DNA of 64,000 bases from Eledone cirrhosa (Eukaryota). The translations under genes were made by a program, and so were the position numbers. The stretch covers positions 128,774,001 to 128,838,000 of the forward strand of contig OZ024742.1 of assembly GCA_964016885.1 (NCBI GenBank). The letters run 5' to 3'. Of this stretch, positions 26,286-41,005 are shown piece by piece; the first letter of the stretch is position 1; each line of letters starts with the position of its first letter. The notes under the pieces were generated by a model, which worked only from the letters and a program-made list of their open reading frames with translations, ran no database searches and was not told the DNA's origin.

Positions 26286-26464
26286 AGCCTGACTGCAATC
26301 CATAGTGGTTTTGGCTTGTATTTATTTGGTAAGCCTTTTCATGGGGGTACACCCATGAAAAATCCATCAAATACAAACAGCTGAAACTGCTAGGCGTAGC
26401 GGTCAGGTTTTTACCTTGTTCCTACTCTGATACTTCCCATGCATAGAGTACCACCCTGATTTGT
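26286..26464 (+). other. Long-hairpin element with conserved 32-nt tail (copy 2)
   Basis: Nested stems AGCCTGACTGC/GCGGTCAGGTT, TAGTGGTTTTGGCT/AGCTGAAACTGCTA and TTTTCATGGG/CCCATGAAAA, then the shared tail. Confidence 0.7.
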
Positions 26465-29400
26465 CTTCCCGGTCTTAAAACTGCAAAGCATGGAAAAGCA
26501 GGTGTAAAATTGATGATTATATATATTGTGTCGACATGTGGCACTATAACGGAGTCTTGAAAAGATAAACTGTTGACTTATTTGTTTGTCAGTTTATTAA
26601 TTTTAGTGAAAGCAGGTTGGGTAGATGTGGGGGGGGGGGGGGGAAATTAATATTCACTAGGTCGCAGTAACATTATATGGTGAGTACTGGAGTACTGAGC
26701 AAAGACGACTAAATCAATGCATGATGTGAGTATTCCAGTTGTTTCAGTTGATGTTACAGCCAGTTTGTGGGATTAACATAACATGCAAATGCCCAAGCAT
26801 TCCACAGACATATGTATCCTTAATGTAGTTCTCAAGGAGATCCAGTGTGACATATTGTATGATAAGGCTGACTTTCTAAATTACAGGAAGAACTCATTTT
26901 CACCAGTTGAGTGGACTGGAGAAACATAAAATAAAGTGACTTGCTCAAGGACACAACACACCACCATGAATCAAACTTATAACCTTACGATCATGAGCGG
27001 AACATCCTAACCACTAAGGCACAAACACCACAAAAAAAAATATTTTTTTTTTTAAGTTCTAAAATTACATATTTTTCAGTTTGTTAAATGTTTGTTTTTA
27101 TGTCCATTTATCTAATCAGCAGTTCCTTCATCAATATAATATAGATTATAACAGAAAAAATAATACTTATTTCTTAGCAAATATTTTAATGATAAGGAAG
27201 ATGGAGAACAAATTTTTTTCCGTTTATTTACATGTATTTCTCAAAAATCAGCATGAATGGCATATTTGCATATTAATGGAGCAATTATTTTTACTGCTAG
27301 ATTCATATCAGCTTCATATCTATTCCACAGAAGTAGATAGTAATCAGTGTGTCAGACAGGTAAACAGAGATAATTTTGCTACCCAAGTCATCATTTTACA
27401 TCCACTTTTCCATACTAAGACAGAAAATTGAGGAGCATCAGATTAATTCTTAACATCCTGGAACAGATAAAATCACATAAAATTGACTTTCTTGAAAACA
27501 GCACTAAAAATTCAAGTCTTTACTCATTTTTCACATTGACCTGCTCACTGAAACAGAATAAGCAAGCCTTTCTTGAAATGAACATACATGTAAGCAAAAT
27601 GCAACCCTCAGTCTATCTGAGATATCAGTAACTCTGATTAAGTACTGACTTGGTCTATGGCATTGCTGGCAGGAAAAACAGAGGTTAAATGATGATGAGG
27701 ACCCAATAGATGCTGGTAAATTTGTCATGAAAACTCTATAGTTAGTAGGCAATTTTAATATAGCTAAACATATTAGATACAAGATTCTATTGTTGCTGGA
27801 CTAAAATATTTTACATTAATCCAATTTGCACATCTGGAAAGAGCAGGCTGTCAAATGATTAATGATTAAGTCAGAAATTTGATATGAAAAACATGTTGAA
27901 CATAATTTGTTTTATCAACATGCCCTAATGAGTAGAATCAACAGCAATTACTTCTAAGATAATAATACTAGCACTCTAATGAATATTGTCATTGGTTTTG
28001 TTTTATTTCTGGTAAAATAAATAATCTGTTAATTCATATCATAGTATTTAATAATTGAAATAAAAATAATACAAAGATAGTTTTAAAACTTACTGAGTCC
28101 CTTCACCCAATCATAGGTGTTGGTGATATGATAAAATGCACTCAATACATGCTGCAAAGTGGTTGGTGATAAGAAGAACAACCTATAAAACTAAGCAAAT
28201 AATGAACAGAGGACTCTTGAGTTGTATCAAAGACATGACAACTTCCCTGGTGGCGGTGCCAACATAAAATGCTTCTAGAATTTGAATAATAACTATTTCA
28301 GCTTTTCCATTCTAAGACAGCAAATTAGCAGAGTCATCAGGGCCTTAGATTAAATATCTCAGTATTTCTTCTGAGACACTGAGCTCTGAATTCAATGTCA
28401 AGGTCAACTTTGTCCATCCTTTTCAAGTTGATAAATAAAATACCAATCTGGTACTGAGATGATCCCCCCACTCTCTCTCTCTCAAGAAGAAATCAACTGT
28501 GGATGGGCTGCATCAAGTTTAAGATAACTAGACGCATTGTGCATCAGGACAGTGTCCCTATGAGTTCATCAGGATTTAAGGGCCCTTTCCTTTCCACTTT
28601 ATTCCTCAATCAACCTCATTTTTACCTAATTTCATCAATAAAACTATACAGACTTTTAAATACACATTACTGAAAATACCAGACTTATGGAATCATTTGA
28701 AATCAGAATCCCTTGGGTTATCTATGCTGTGTTACAATTCCATTACATAGGATAATATATAAATCTTTTAATCCTTCAATCAAATTTCATTTGGAAGATG
28801 AAAGACTTAAAGATTGACTTTAAAATAAAAACATTAAAAAATTTTTAATTGAATCTAAGCAGATTAAGTTATCAACGAATTTGTAGAAGAAAAATAAAAA
28901 CAACACAATCATACCAAGTCTTGAAACTATACAAAACAAGGGCAGATACAAGAAAATTATACCAATTCTTGAGGTAGTACTTCAGAAACCCAGATTAAGA
29001 ATTCTAGAAACTATTAAAAAAATGATACCAACACTTGAAATTATATTTCAAAAACTAAAGTTAAGTCGAATCATATAAAATAATAAATTTAAACTTTGAA
29101 AATAAGTGCTAAAAAATATATAGGAATTTAAAACACATCAGGAAAAGATATGTATATTTTGGTTTCTCTTATTTTTTTTATTTTAAAATATATTTCTTGT
29201 ATCCAATAATGAGCTTAGTATTTTGTTTCACTTGTTTGAGAATTTTTTTTTTTTTTTATACCAAGGAAAGAAAAGTGAGTGAATGAAAGAGAATGGAAAT
29301 GAGAATTTTTAAAATTTAAGCAGGAATCAGTTTTACTATGAATATTGTGATTAAAAAACAACTCTGGAATAATGAAAATTTCAAGTAAGCCTTTTTATGT

Positions 29401-30747
29401 TTTCTAAATAATATTGTAATATTTTTGTAAATATAGTATCCTCATTTTTAATAAAATTGTCATAACTATCATTAAGCTGTTTGGCAAACACCGGTCTCAT
29501 TGATTTACTGTCATCAACCTTGGAAGGATATGAAGGACATAATCAAAAATGTAAATAGTTTCATTCTTCAAATACTTTCATTATAGAATGTCACAATTAA
29601 AAATTAATCACCATTTAATGTCCATTTTCCCTACTAGCAAGAATTCCAAGGGTTGATATATACCAAGTCAGTACTTAATCAGAGCTACTGACCTCTCAGA
29701 TAGGCCAGGGGTCATATCTCACATGCATTCCTGCATACTACAGAGTATACTGTATGCATTTTATTGTGGTGCCAGCACTGGGAAGGTATCATGTCTTTAT
29801 CACAAGTAAAGTGTCCTCTTGACCTTTTGTTTGGTAAGTTTTCTATGGTTGGAGGCCCTTTCTATCACCAACCACTTCACAGAGTGAACTAGGTACATTT
29901 TACCATGTCACACCCTACAATTGAAAAGACATGGAGTTGAAACCACTCCAAAATATTGGTTAAAACATTGTGAAATACATCAGCAGTAGTTCCACCAAAT
30001 AATGGATGATAAATGAACTCAAAACTAACCTGCTTTAGAGAATATATCATGCATTACTAAAGTTGCTACTTTGTTATGCTCTTTTAAAGATATTCATTGT
30101 CATATCTCGTGTGTGTCTGTGTCTGTGTGTGTCTGTGTGTGTCTGTGTGTGTCTGTGTGTGTCTGTGTGTGTGTCTGTATGTGTGTATACACACATGAAG
30201 GTGTTATAGTTTGCTTAAAGCATTGTGGAATATGAAAAATGAAAAGTAGGTATCTTTAGAAAGTAGTTACAATGCAGGTGGATTTGAAATACAGACAACT
30301 ATATATGTATATATATCATCATTTTAACATTCGCTTTCCCTGCTTGAGAGAGAAAGTTGAAAAAACTGAAGTATTCAATACTGAAAATATTTAATGAATG
30401 GAAATATTCAATAATAAAATTATTTAGATTCTCAATTATGTCTTTACTATCCTTCCATAGTTAATGTTGTCGGCAGTACATAAAGGATATGTATTCAGTA
30501 ATAATAGTTGTTTCTACTTTTGGCACAAGGCCAGCAATTACCCAGTACATTACTGGTACTTTATTTTATCGACTCTGTAAGGATAAAAGGAAGAGTTAAC
30601 CTCGACGGGATTTGAACTCAGACCATAAAGGGACGTAACTATGCTGGAAAGCATGGCGTCCAACAGTGACAACCAATCAGATGACCAGTAAAAAGTGTTA
30701 CTAATAAAAAGAATCTCTCATTTTTTATTGTGCATGTGTCTATATTC

Positions 30748-30926
30748 TTTAACCTCTTTCTGTTGTAACCGGCTACTCGTACTGATGTTAAAGTATTGTT
30801 CCCAAAATAAATAATATCAAAATCTCATAGATTCAATATTATGTGAGATAATTGAGTAAGATAAAGCCTTTACCATGAAAATACAATAGTATATATATAG
30901 AGTAATGTAAATGCTAAAGGGTTAAA
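30748..30926. mobile_element. TTAA-ended MITE family (…ATGTAAATGCTAAAGGGTTAA)
   Basis: Closely related to 10330-10529 and, inverted, 25690-25915. Confidence 0.6.
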
Positions 30927-33210
30927 TATCATTTTGCACTATAAGCCTTTTAGCTAACATCAAAGTGTAATAATATAATACTGAATATAACATGTGAAAA
31001 CTTTAAGAAACAAATTTATCAGTACTTTCACCTACTGTTTTGAAATGATGCACTATCCTCTGCAACTGATTAACCTGACATCAATTTTGATGACATGGGT
31101 AGACTAGTATTTTATATAAATAATTAAATAAAAGCTGGATTGAAAGATGAGATAACACAAACTGAACAACTGAACAAACTTGAAGACAACAGAAATGAAT
31201 TACAAACGAATGTCTAATCAATATATTTTGTTTCAAAACAAACTACCTTTAAATCAATATCAGAGCAATAGATTAGCAACACCATCATCATCATCATCAT
31301 CATCACTACCATCAAATTATGTTCATTTTCCATGCATGGGTTGAACAGGTTGTCACAGTCTCAGACTAAATGAATCAGAGTAACCTCATCTTTCTTGTAT
31401 GTGCCATATTTTGTATGGTTTATACCTGAGAATACAGCGTGCCTTTTTCAATGGCACACCACTACCACTTTACAGAGTGCATTTTGTTATGGCACCAACA
31501 CTTGCAAGGCTGTCACATGCTCAACCAAACAAGAGTCCTCTCAAACCCTATATTGTCTCCATTAAACTGCCAAACAATGTAGTCTTTGGTCTCTTATGAT
31601 GTTTACTTTTAGTGTTGCAATGTTTGTTACATATTTTTAGTGACACCAAATATGCCTTCCTTTCATTCTTGCAGTGAATTGGCATTTGCAGCATTTGTTC
31701 TGGTTCACTATACCCTGTTTATAAGTCCACTGCATCCTATTTCGGTGGTAGACTTTAGACCTGCAGTGGGCAAGACCTCTCTAGAGTTACTGCCATGATA
31801 AAATTCATTCAGTACACTTTGTAAAACAGTTGGGGATTAAATGAAGATAACATAGCATATAAAGGACTCTTTAGTTTTGTTGAGGATATGATAACCTCTC
31901 TAATGCTAGTGCATATAAAATGATCCAGTACAATGTGTAAAGTGGTTGGTGTTAGGAACAGCATACAACCATAGAAACCATGACACAATTGGAACGTCTG
32001 AGTATGGTCTCCTGACCAGTTCAGGGGGAGGCACTAATTCCAAAATGGAACTCAGGCCATAGAAACCCTCCACTTACCCACACCAGCATGGGAAATAGAG
32101 GTAAAAAAAAAACTGTTTATAAAATAAGATATTTTTGTAAAGCACAAGAAGTGAGTTGAGATGTTTTAGGCAAGGATTCTCCTTCTGTCCCCTTTAAAGA
32201 AAGGCCCTGCCCAAAACAGCAGAACTCATTTTGTTTTATGGCATGCAACTTTATTTTACAAATACATCATTGAACATTTATTTTTCCTTGCTAGCAAGGG
32301 TTGGACGAGTCATCACAGACCAATTCAGTACCTAGTCGGGATGGGGACCCATATCTCGTTTACAAAACATTCCTGCACTCAATAGAGTGTACTGTATGCA
32401 CTTTATCATGACACCACTTGTATTATTAATTTTTATTTTTCCGACAATTAGTGTCCATCACTAGTTTGATTGGATTCTAGTTTTGGCATAATTAATTAGC
32501 TGGAATGGAGGAATAATTATAATCTAATCAAGGTCTTGCTGCAATTCTACATTTCAATATTACAGTCTTTAAATGAATCATTTAATTGTGTTCAAGACAT
32601 TAATCGTTTTCTAAATCTCTAATTATCATCATGAGAATTTTAATGTTTGTTGTTCGATAATAGAGTGGATTGGACAGATCTTCAATAAAACATCACTGTA
32701 TACCACAATCTTGCTGAGTCTATTAACACAATGTTTTCACACCTTTTCTTACTAAATTATTTTGGTTCTACTTATATTCTAAAAAAAAATAACAACCTAA
32801 TATCAATATCTTCAAAACAGTAAATACTCATTACAATATGTAGATTATAATAGCATCATTATAATGTATTCAATTTGATGGAGGCACATGGCTTAGTGGT
32901 TAGAGCAATCGAAAGATTGTGAGTTCAATTCTCAGACTGGGTGATGTGTTGTTTCCTTGAGCAAGACACTTTATTTCACATTGCTCCAGTTTACTCAGCT
33001 GTAGAAATGAGATGATAGGGACTCCAGTCCCTATCATTCCACTGTAAAGTGGTCGTGGAGGTGTCACGGCAAAAAAGCACCCAGCACTCACTGTAAATGA
33101 GGTTGGTGTTAGGAAGGGCATCCAGCTGTAGAAATCAAGCCAGAATCAGTTCCTGTCCCACCCTTGCAAGCAGAGAAAAGCGGACGTAAAATGAAATGAT
33201 GAAAATGAAA

Positions 33211-33345
33211 ATATATATAAAGTATACAATATATATATATATAAAGTATACAATATATATAAAGTATACAATATATATATATATATAAAGTATACAATAT
33301 ATATAAAGTATACAATATATATATATAAAGTATACAATATATATA
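33211..33345. repeat. (TA)n-AAGTATACAA minisatellite
   Basis: AAAGTATACAA repeated six times with variable (TA)n spacers. Confidence 0.92.
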
Positions 33346-33364
33346 TATTTACATATATATATAT

Positions 33365-34180
33365 ATCATCCTTTTACGTCCACTTTTCCCTGCTCCTTTT
33401 ACATCCACTTTTCACAGCATCTCTCCACTTGTCACGGTCCTTTGTCATCTCCTCCGTGACCTTCAGCGATCTGAGGTCAGCTCTCACCACCTCCGCCCAT
33501 GTTTTTCGTGGTCTCCCTCTACTGCATCTTCCTTCCACTTGGATTTCTTGGCACTTGACACCTATGCTTGGTCTTTCACGCACATTGACATTGCACATCC
33601 AACGGAGCATGCTTACTTCATTTCTCTCCAGCCGTCGCATATCTTCTGCAGTTGCTGCCCATGTCTCACTACCATGCAGCATCGCGCATCTCACACAGGC
33701 ATCATATAACCGGCCTTTCGTACACAGGGAGAAACCCTTCTTTGTCAACAGAGGAAGCAGCTCCCTAAACTTCTTCCAACCCGTCCTTATTCTAGATACT
33801 ATGGCCTTGGAACACCCCCCTGCCATGCTAATCTGATCACCTAGGTACCGGAAGCTATCCACCACTTCTATAGAACTCACCTGCATTTGAAAAAAGTGAC
33901 TATCAGTGACTTCTACTTTCAAATTTCCCTGTACATCTACTGCATACTTAGTTTTCCCTACCTGTTAGTTTGCCTGCTATCCCACTACATCTCTTGTGTA
34001 CCCAAAATCTACATTGTGTACATTTTATAGAATTTATGCCAGTTCCTTTACATATCGAACATGGCCATTTCCCTGATGGAATCAGAGTTTTGTCCTCTTT
34101 TCTCTTATCAACACTTTTGTCTTAACTATGTTCACTCAGTCCTCTTGATTCCAACTGCTGTTTCCATAGCAGGAATTTAT
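33365..34180 (-). mobile_element. 5'-truncated RTE LINE (post-RT domains)
   Basis: EVVDSFRYLGDQI...RIRTGWKKFRELLPLL...MLHGSETWA...GRCSRGRPRKTW. Confidence 0.92.
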
Positions 34181-35514
34181 AATGTATACATTATATATAT
34201 ATATAACAAATAGTAGAAAGGAAAAAGATTCTTTCAGTAGAAAATGTTGAAGAGATTTTTTCAGTGAGATATCAAAACATTAATTTATTTACAATACTGC
34301 ATTATATGCATTGTCAATTGTGGATATGCAGAATATTGTTAAGTTGCATATTTGTACAAATAGTGATAATAATAATAATAAAAAGGGGAGAAAAATTAAT
34401 TTTCACATACATGTTCATTCAGAGAAGATAGTTCATTTCTCTGTCCATTCTTCCCTGCTTATACCTTGGTTGTGACTGGTAGTAGGAGAGGGTAAAAGAA
34501 GGAGGGGAGAGGAGAAGAAGGGGGAGGGGGTGGCACGGGATAGTTGTGTTAGCTGACTGCTGTGAGATACCCTTTGGATACAAGTTCCAGCTGGGGTTGG
34601 TTTGAAAGGCCGGTGACCTTAGAGTTGATGGAGGGGGGGGGGGGGGGCAGTTGATTGCTTCTAAAAATATCTATCTTGGTATTTTTTCTTAGAAGAAATT
34701 ATCAACATTGACCTTGTTTTTTTTGCCACAAAGGAGATTTAGAGTTATTGAGATACTAATTCCATTCCTAGCAGAAATTTCAGGGGGTTGATTGTTTCTA
34801 AAAGCATCTATCTTGGTATTTTTTTCTTAGAAGAAATCCTCAACACATATATATATATTTTAATAAATATTGTAAACATATATATATATATATTTCCAAT
34901 ATTTATTAAAATAACAGATTAAAGTTTAAGCAATGAATTGCTGCTTTCACCCTTAATGTTCACCCAATATATATATATATATATATAAATAAAGGTACAT
35001 ATAGTAAGTACAGCAAACTTTTTAAAATTTATTTTAAAACTGTTTCTCTATTTGCTAAACCTTGATTTTATACATTATCATCATTTAATACATCCACTTT
35101 TCCAGCTGGATGTCGTTGTTGTCAAACCTTTTATTTACTTCTTACAACATGCAGAAATGTAGTGCACTGATTCTAAAAACCAGGATACAAATAAATATAA
35201 GTTGGGGAATATAAATGTCATAGTTGAATGATAGAAACATGTGTTGTATATCAGAATTAGCCTGATTAACATTAACTGACACTCAAAATGTTGGGTTTTT
35301 TTACCCAGAGTAGGAGGTAATATTTTGATTTTGGAAAGACTGTAAAATTTGAAACAGAAAATAAATACCCAGGAAAAACCAATATATATATATATATAGT
35401 TGACAGACGAGAGAAAAGAGTACTCAATACCCAAGAATAGTGTACAAATATCCGGAAAGTGAACAGTGTATGAGTCATGATATACACACAGATACATGTG
35501 TGTGTGTGAGTGTG

Positions 35515-35720
35515 TGGAAGAGAAATATTAGGTGTAGTGTTGACGAATTTCAGGAAGCAGTGTCCTGATAGCTAATAACAGGTGCAGGTAGTTTGTTCCA
35601 TTCTTGTTGTTGGCAAGATGGTTAATAGTTTTGTGGGTGTCTACCAAGTTTGTTGTCAGATGTCAGTGCTTTAATGTATCCATGCCCAGGACATTGTAAC
35701 ATCTGGATATATCCTCTCTA
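35515..35720 (-). mobile_element. CR1-like LINE 3' fragment
   Basis: Minus strand gives ...GMDTLK... and WNKLPAPVIS..DTAS, typical of the CR1 C-terminus; heavily deleted. Confidence 0.5.
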
Positions 35721-36059
35721 GGATACTTTCCTCTCCTCAATTTTATGTGGATTCATGCATTTTTAAGTCTCCAAGGAAAAAAAATAAAATGAAATTAATA
35801 TGTATGTATAGAGAAATCTTTCTTTTATATATTTCTTTGGGTTTTAATCTAATAACCAGTATTTGGATTTCTAAATACTGGAATCTTTATAAAGCAAAAA
35901 GTCTTTAACCATCGCTACCTGTAATTTCTGCTTCATTTGTATAATTATGCATAAGACTAATAAAAATGTTATAAATGATGTCCAAACCCTTTGAATTATT
36001 ATTACTATTATATATAATAATATATATATAAAATGCACCCAGTATAAGAGGAATCTTAT

Positions 36060-36340
36060 GTGTTATGTGCTGGAGAAACATTACGCTGGTATGGACATGT
36101 GATGTGCAAAGCTGATGGTCACTGATTGAAGACGTGCCAAGAAATTACAGTGGAAGGGAGCTGTAGTTGAGGAAGACCAAGGAAGACCTGAGCAGAAGTC
36201 GTGAGAGCTCGTCCTAAATCGTTCAAGCTCACAAAAGAGATAACTAAGGATCATGACGAGATGAGAGATGCTGTGCTGAAAAAAACCTGTCCAACCCATG
36301 CAAACATGGAAAAGCAGACATAAATTGATGATGATGATGG
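36060..36340 (+). mobile_element. RTE 3' end fragment
   Basis: LRWYGHVM...GRPRKT and the CCAACCCATGCAAACATGG...(GAT)n tail. Similar pieces at 38190-38445, 20425-20580(-) and 6070-6200(-). Confidence 0.8.
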
Positions 36341-38483
36341 TACATTGTGCAAGGTCAATAATGAAAATACACACACACGCACACATATATCTGTGTGTGT
36401 ATATATATATATATATAATTACACATAATATCAAGTAAATAAAAAATAGGGTATGAGGAAATATGGTTTATGTTGGGGAGAGGGGGACTATTTTGTAAAC
36501 ATCATTCTTTATAACAATAGGAAGCACATTTTCAGACTGACTTCCATAGTGAAAGTAAATAAATGAATAAATAAATAGATAATGAGATAATCAATGTAAA
36601 TCAAAACATGCTGAGTAAAGAGCAAAATTACAAATATAAATACCATAATCATTGCTGAGCTCTAATAATGGTTTCTGATTTAGATATAAGGCCAACAATT
36701 ATGGGGGAGGGGTAGGTCAAATTGTCCCCAGTGCGTTACTGGTACTATATTTTGTCAGATGAAAGGAGAAACTAACTTCGGTGAGATTGAACCTTCTGGG
36801 TGCTCTAGGCACCTTATGTCACTGATAGAGTAATCTCCCTTTGACACATAATGCAGTGTCAAGGGAAGCAATTCATAAAAAATTTAGTGTGCTAAAGGTT
36901 ATAATCAGAATGTAAAGGGTCATAACCCTATGCTGTGAAGCAAGGTATCCGACGCTCTACCAATCCTGCCACTCCACCGCCCTGCTTAGTTCTAATAATA
37001 AAACCATACACAAGTAATCTAACTGAAATTCTTTCCCCCAAAAAGTTATTCTTTAATAAGAAATATGGTATAAACAACATCGTGTGTGCGTGTGCGTGTG
37101 TGTGTGTGTGTGTACATATGTGCACACAGGGCTGGACTTTCACCTGCTGAGAGCCAAAGCTATTTGAAATTTGAGGCCCTAATTGAGGTAACAAAATTTA
37201 AAATAATTATACATGATTATTATTTATTAATCATTACAAAATTAAATTAGTTACAAAATATTCCTTTTAACTAATTAATTGAATTATTGTTTGCCACAAA
37301 AGAAAAAATAAATTATATTTAAAAACATGAGGCTTCCAATGGTGAGTGGCCATAAGATATAGATTATTTAGCTTACAGGTAAGTCCAGCACTGTCTGTGT
37401 GTGTATATATATGTAAAGATAGACAAAACAATGAAGGTGATGATACATATACACACACAATCATCATTTAACATCCACTTTCCCTGCTAGCAAGGGTTAG
37501 CTAAGTTTACATTGACCAAGTCATTACTGAAGTAGGACTACTGACCTCTCGGACAGGCCAAGGGGTCTGCATCCTGCTTACATATGGTCATACATTCTAT
37601 CAAGTGCAGAGAAGTTGTCATGTCTTTTGACACAAATTGAAAGGTCCTTTCTAAAACTGGACGTCCTTCCTATCACCAACCACTTTACAGCATGTACGGG
37701 GGGGGGGGGGGGTCACCAACACTAGGGAGGCGGTCATGCCTTGACAACTAAAGGGTCCTCCCAACCTTTTGTTTGGCAAGCTTTCTACAGCTGGATGTCT
37801 TTCCTAACACCAAGCTCTTTACAGTGTGTACTGGGTGTTTTTATTGTGTAAATCACCAGCAGTATAAATAAATTATAAAAAAATAACAATAGCCAAAAAA
37901 ATAACTTGAATTTAGGCTGTAGCCGTAATTTCAAACATTAAAACAAATGTGAAAATGAAATCATTTCTATTATCTTTTAAATACCATCATAGGACAACTT
38001 TGGAAATGTCATTTACAGATTTACAGAATCAAGCCTAAAATGTTCTCATTAAACTAGTGGACCATTGGTGTCAATAATAACAGCAATAGCACTGAACATT
38101 TTAGAGTCTGGGATTGATTGTGCAATATTAGTGTACATGAAGAGGGTGGCATAGATGACAAATTGGGTATAAGGAGAATCAGATGTAGTAACAGAGAAGA
38201 CTGCACTGGTATGAACATGTGATATGTATGGATGAGGAACGCTGGACGAAAAACAGGCAGGAGATGCTAGTGGAATGAAGCTGCAGTAGAGAAAGACAAG
38301 GAAAAACTGGTGGTTAGAGCTAATAAAAAAAATGCTGAACCACATAAAGATGATGAAGGAATGGTAAGAGTAGAGGGAGGCTGTACTGGAAAGGACCTGT
38401 CCAATCCATGCTAGGATGGAAAAGCTGACATAAAATGACAATGATGAATACATAGATATAACAAAGAAAAACGGATGTAAAAT

Positions 38484-38665
38484 AATAATTGTTTCTACTT
38501 TAGGCACAAGGCCAGCAATTACTCAGTGCATTACTGGTACTTTATTTTATCGACCCCGTAAGGATGAAAGGCAAAGTCAACCTCGGCGGGATTTGAACTC
38601 AGATCGTAAAGGGTCGTAACTATGCTGGAAAGCATGGCGTCCGACCCTCTACCGATACTGCCAAT
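38484..38665 (-). mobile_element. Young Meta/MESC-like SINE
   Basis: Near-consensus copy of the family at 44544-44737. Confidence 0.85.
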
Positions 38666-39673
38666 AATAATGATATCAATGATGATATTAATTCATGGTG
38701 TTTTTATTTTGGTGCTGTTTCTTGCTTTTCAAATATAGTCCACCACCACCATGATGATAAGGAGGGCTATTAAATATGTTACAAAGCCACAGATCTTGGA
38801 ATTGGGTTAGATGACTACACCATTACTAAATTCTGTGTATTTGACTGATAGTTATTTTACCAAATCCTGTAGGACCTGAATGTAAAAAGAGCTAACAAAT
38901 ATATATATATATAGTATTAGTTATACTATTTATGGATATGTAAATACAAAAACCTTTTGCAGTTATATATATTTTTATACAAACCCTAAATAGTGGTAGG
39001 TAGTAATATATTACTACCTTATTACCAGTAAGTTAAGTAGCTCAATGTAAAAACATCAGATGATTTACAGATTTACGGGTAGTATTCCGATGTCGATTCT
39101 CGAAACGTAAGATCCTCCTGTATTGAACTAAAGAACATCAGACTACGATTCTCTAACTGGATTGTCAAACACTCAATATCGAATCGTCGTGGATTATGTG
39201 AGGGGCATATAATCTGAAAAATACACTCCCCAGACTATGAAAATGTCGAAGTACATGAAGTCCATATCATCCCTTCGCTGCGCATTTCCAATATTTTTAA
39301 TATTTTTAATGCTTATATTATTTCTCCACACACAGACTATAACAATCTTATAAAGAATTTGTCACCAGATCAACCAACCTAACACTCTTGTTTACCTACT
39401 TAAGTGCTTCTACTACACATAACTCTCTGCCACACTATATAAACAAGACGCACGTGCTTGCCACACATATAACCTTTGCACTATATAACCGCTTATTTTC
39501 ATGTTGTATTTTAACCTGTATTTTTGATTGTATCTTTTAATATGAATGTAATCTCTAAGTGTGTACTGCCACTCTAAATGCTGTAATGAATGTTGACCCA
39601 CAATATTTGCATATGTATCTGTATGTCTCTTGGGTGAAAAGGAGGTCATATAAGTGTTCATTCATTAATAAAT

Positions 39674-39720
39674 TGCTCCGAAGAATCCAAACCTCGGTTT
39701 GGAGGAAACAGTTGTAAGCA
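39674..39720 (+). ncRNA. Type I hammerhead ribozyme with a mutated core (U4C)
   Basis: TGCT-CCGAAGA-A-TCCAAAC-CTCG-GTTTGGA-G-GAAA-CAGTTG-TA-AGCA, with (TA)n about 40 bp downstream. Confidence 0.65.
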
Positions 39721-39755
39721 TAAAAATGTTTTGAACAGTTCTTTGATTCTTATAA

Positions 39756-39809
<54 letters not shown>

Positions 39810-40669
39810 TGATTCTATCATCAACTATCTTTTTAAATTTTATCAATTTCTAACTCAGAAAGAATAACAAGAGTTTTACAGCTATGCGGGGCCACCATTT
39901 TTGTTTTCCTCTCTTGTCTGAATCCCTACCCCTGCACCAACCTTCAGGCGGTTCAAGAACCAGAGGTTAGAAACTGTTGATCTATTGAAACATGTCTTAA
40001 ATCCTGCAATGATTTAGCAGAAATTATCTAAAAGTATTTTTTTTTATCCAAATATTTATAGTATTTATACAAGTGGACAGATAGTAATAATTTGCAGTTA
40101 TCTAAAAACTAATTTTTCACATGCAATAATAATGGTGTTTTGCACCTTTTAAATAATGTCCTGCTAATGTGGTTTCATGTGCTATAGGAAATTAAGAGTT
40201 AATACTGAGGGATTTTATATATACACACAAACCTGTTTCATATTATACTTTATGGTCCATGTGACGGATTTTAACAATCCTTAGGATAGATTGGAAAAAC
40301 AATTATGAAGTTGAAACTATGTTTCTCTTAAAATACCACAAATAGAGTCACTAGCAGGAATGGTATGGTTGGTATCAGATAAATGAATTTTAAAAAAAGT
40401 ATTATATATATATAAAGTTACATTAACACTCATGTTATTTAATTTTTGTTTTGTTTAAGTACAGAACAGACATGTCTAAACAATCATTAGCAGCTTTATA
40501 ATGATCAACATTCCTTTTACTCCATCCCACCACCAACACTCCTGATAAATTACAGATTAACCCTTTCATTGTCATATTTCTAATGAAATATATCATGTTT
40601 TTCAATTCATTTTGAAGGGATTTGGTAAAATAACTAATTCTATTATTAAGCTGGTGTTTAGTACAAAAT

Positions 40670-41005
40670 CTTTGGCATCAGGTGAAATAACTTCATTACC
40701 AACAAAGAAGTCCATCAACGAACCCACCAACAACATGTGACTAACATGTGCAAGCTTTAACTTGGCTGGTTGGGGCATGTCACACAACTTCCAAGTGAGA
40801 AACATGGTAATCAGGTCCTGTATTGGTACCATCATGGATAGAGGCGAAGAGGATGTCCCAAGATGAACTGGCAGCAGACAATCGACAGGGATCTGAAACC
40901 CGTCAACAAAAGTTGGAACAATGTATTGATAGATGCAACTGACCGTGGTCATTGGAGCACTTTGGCTGCCTCATATGTCTCAAGATGCAGGAGCTTCTAA
41001 GTTTA
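40670..41005 (+). mobile_element. Old RTE-like LINE 3' fragment
   Basis: FITNKEVHQRT...RRRGCPKMNW...; multiple frameshifts. Confidence 0.55.

Noticed and set aside
34650-34846. ~58-bp direct repeat pair as LTRs
   Set aside because: No TG...CA ends, primer-binding site or internal coding sequence. Probably a local duplication.
39085-39116. CCGATGT...CTCGAAACGTAAGA as another hammerhead
   Set aside because: It needs multiple core changes and stems I and II do not pair.
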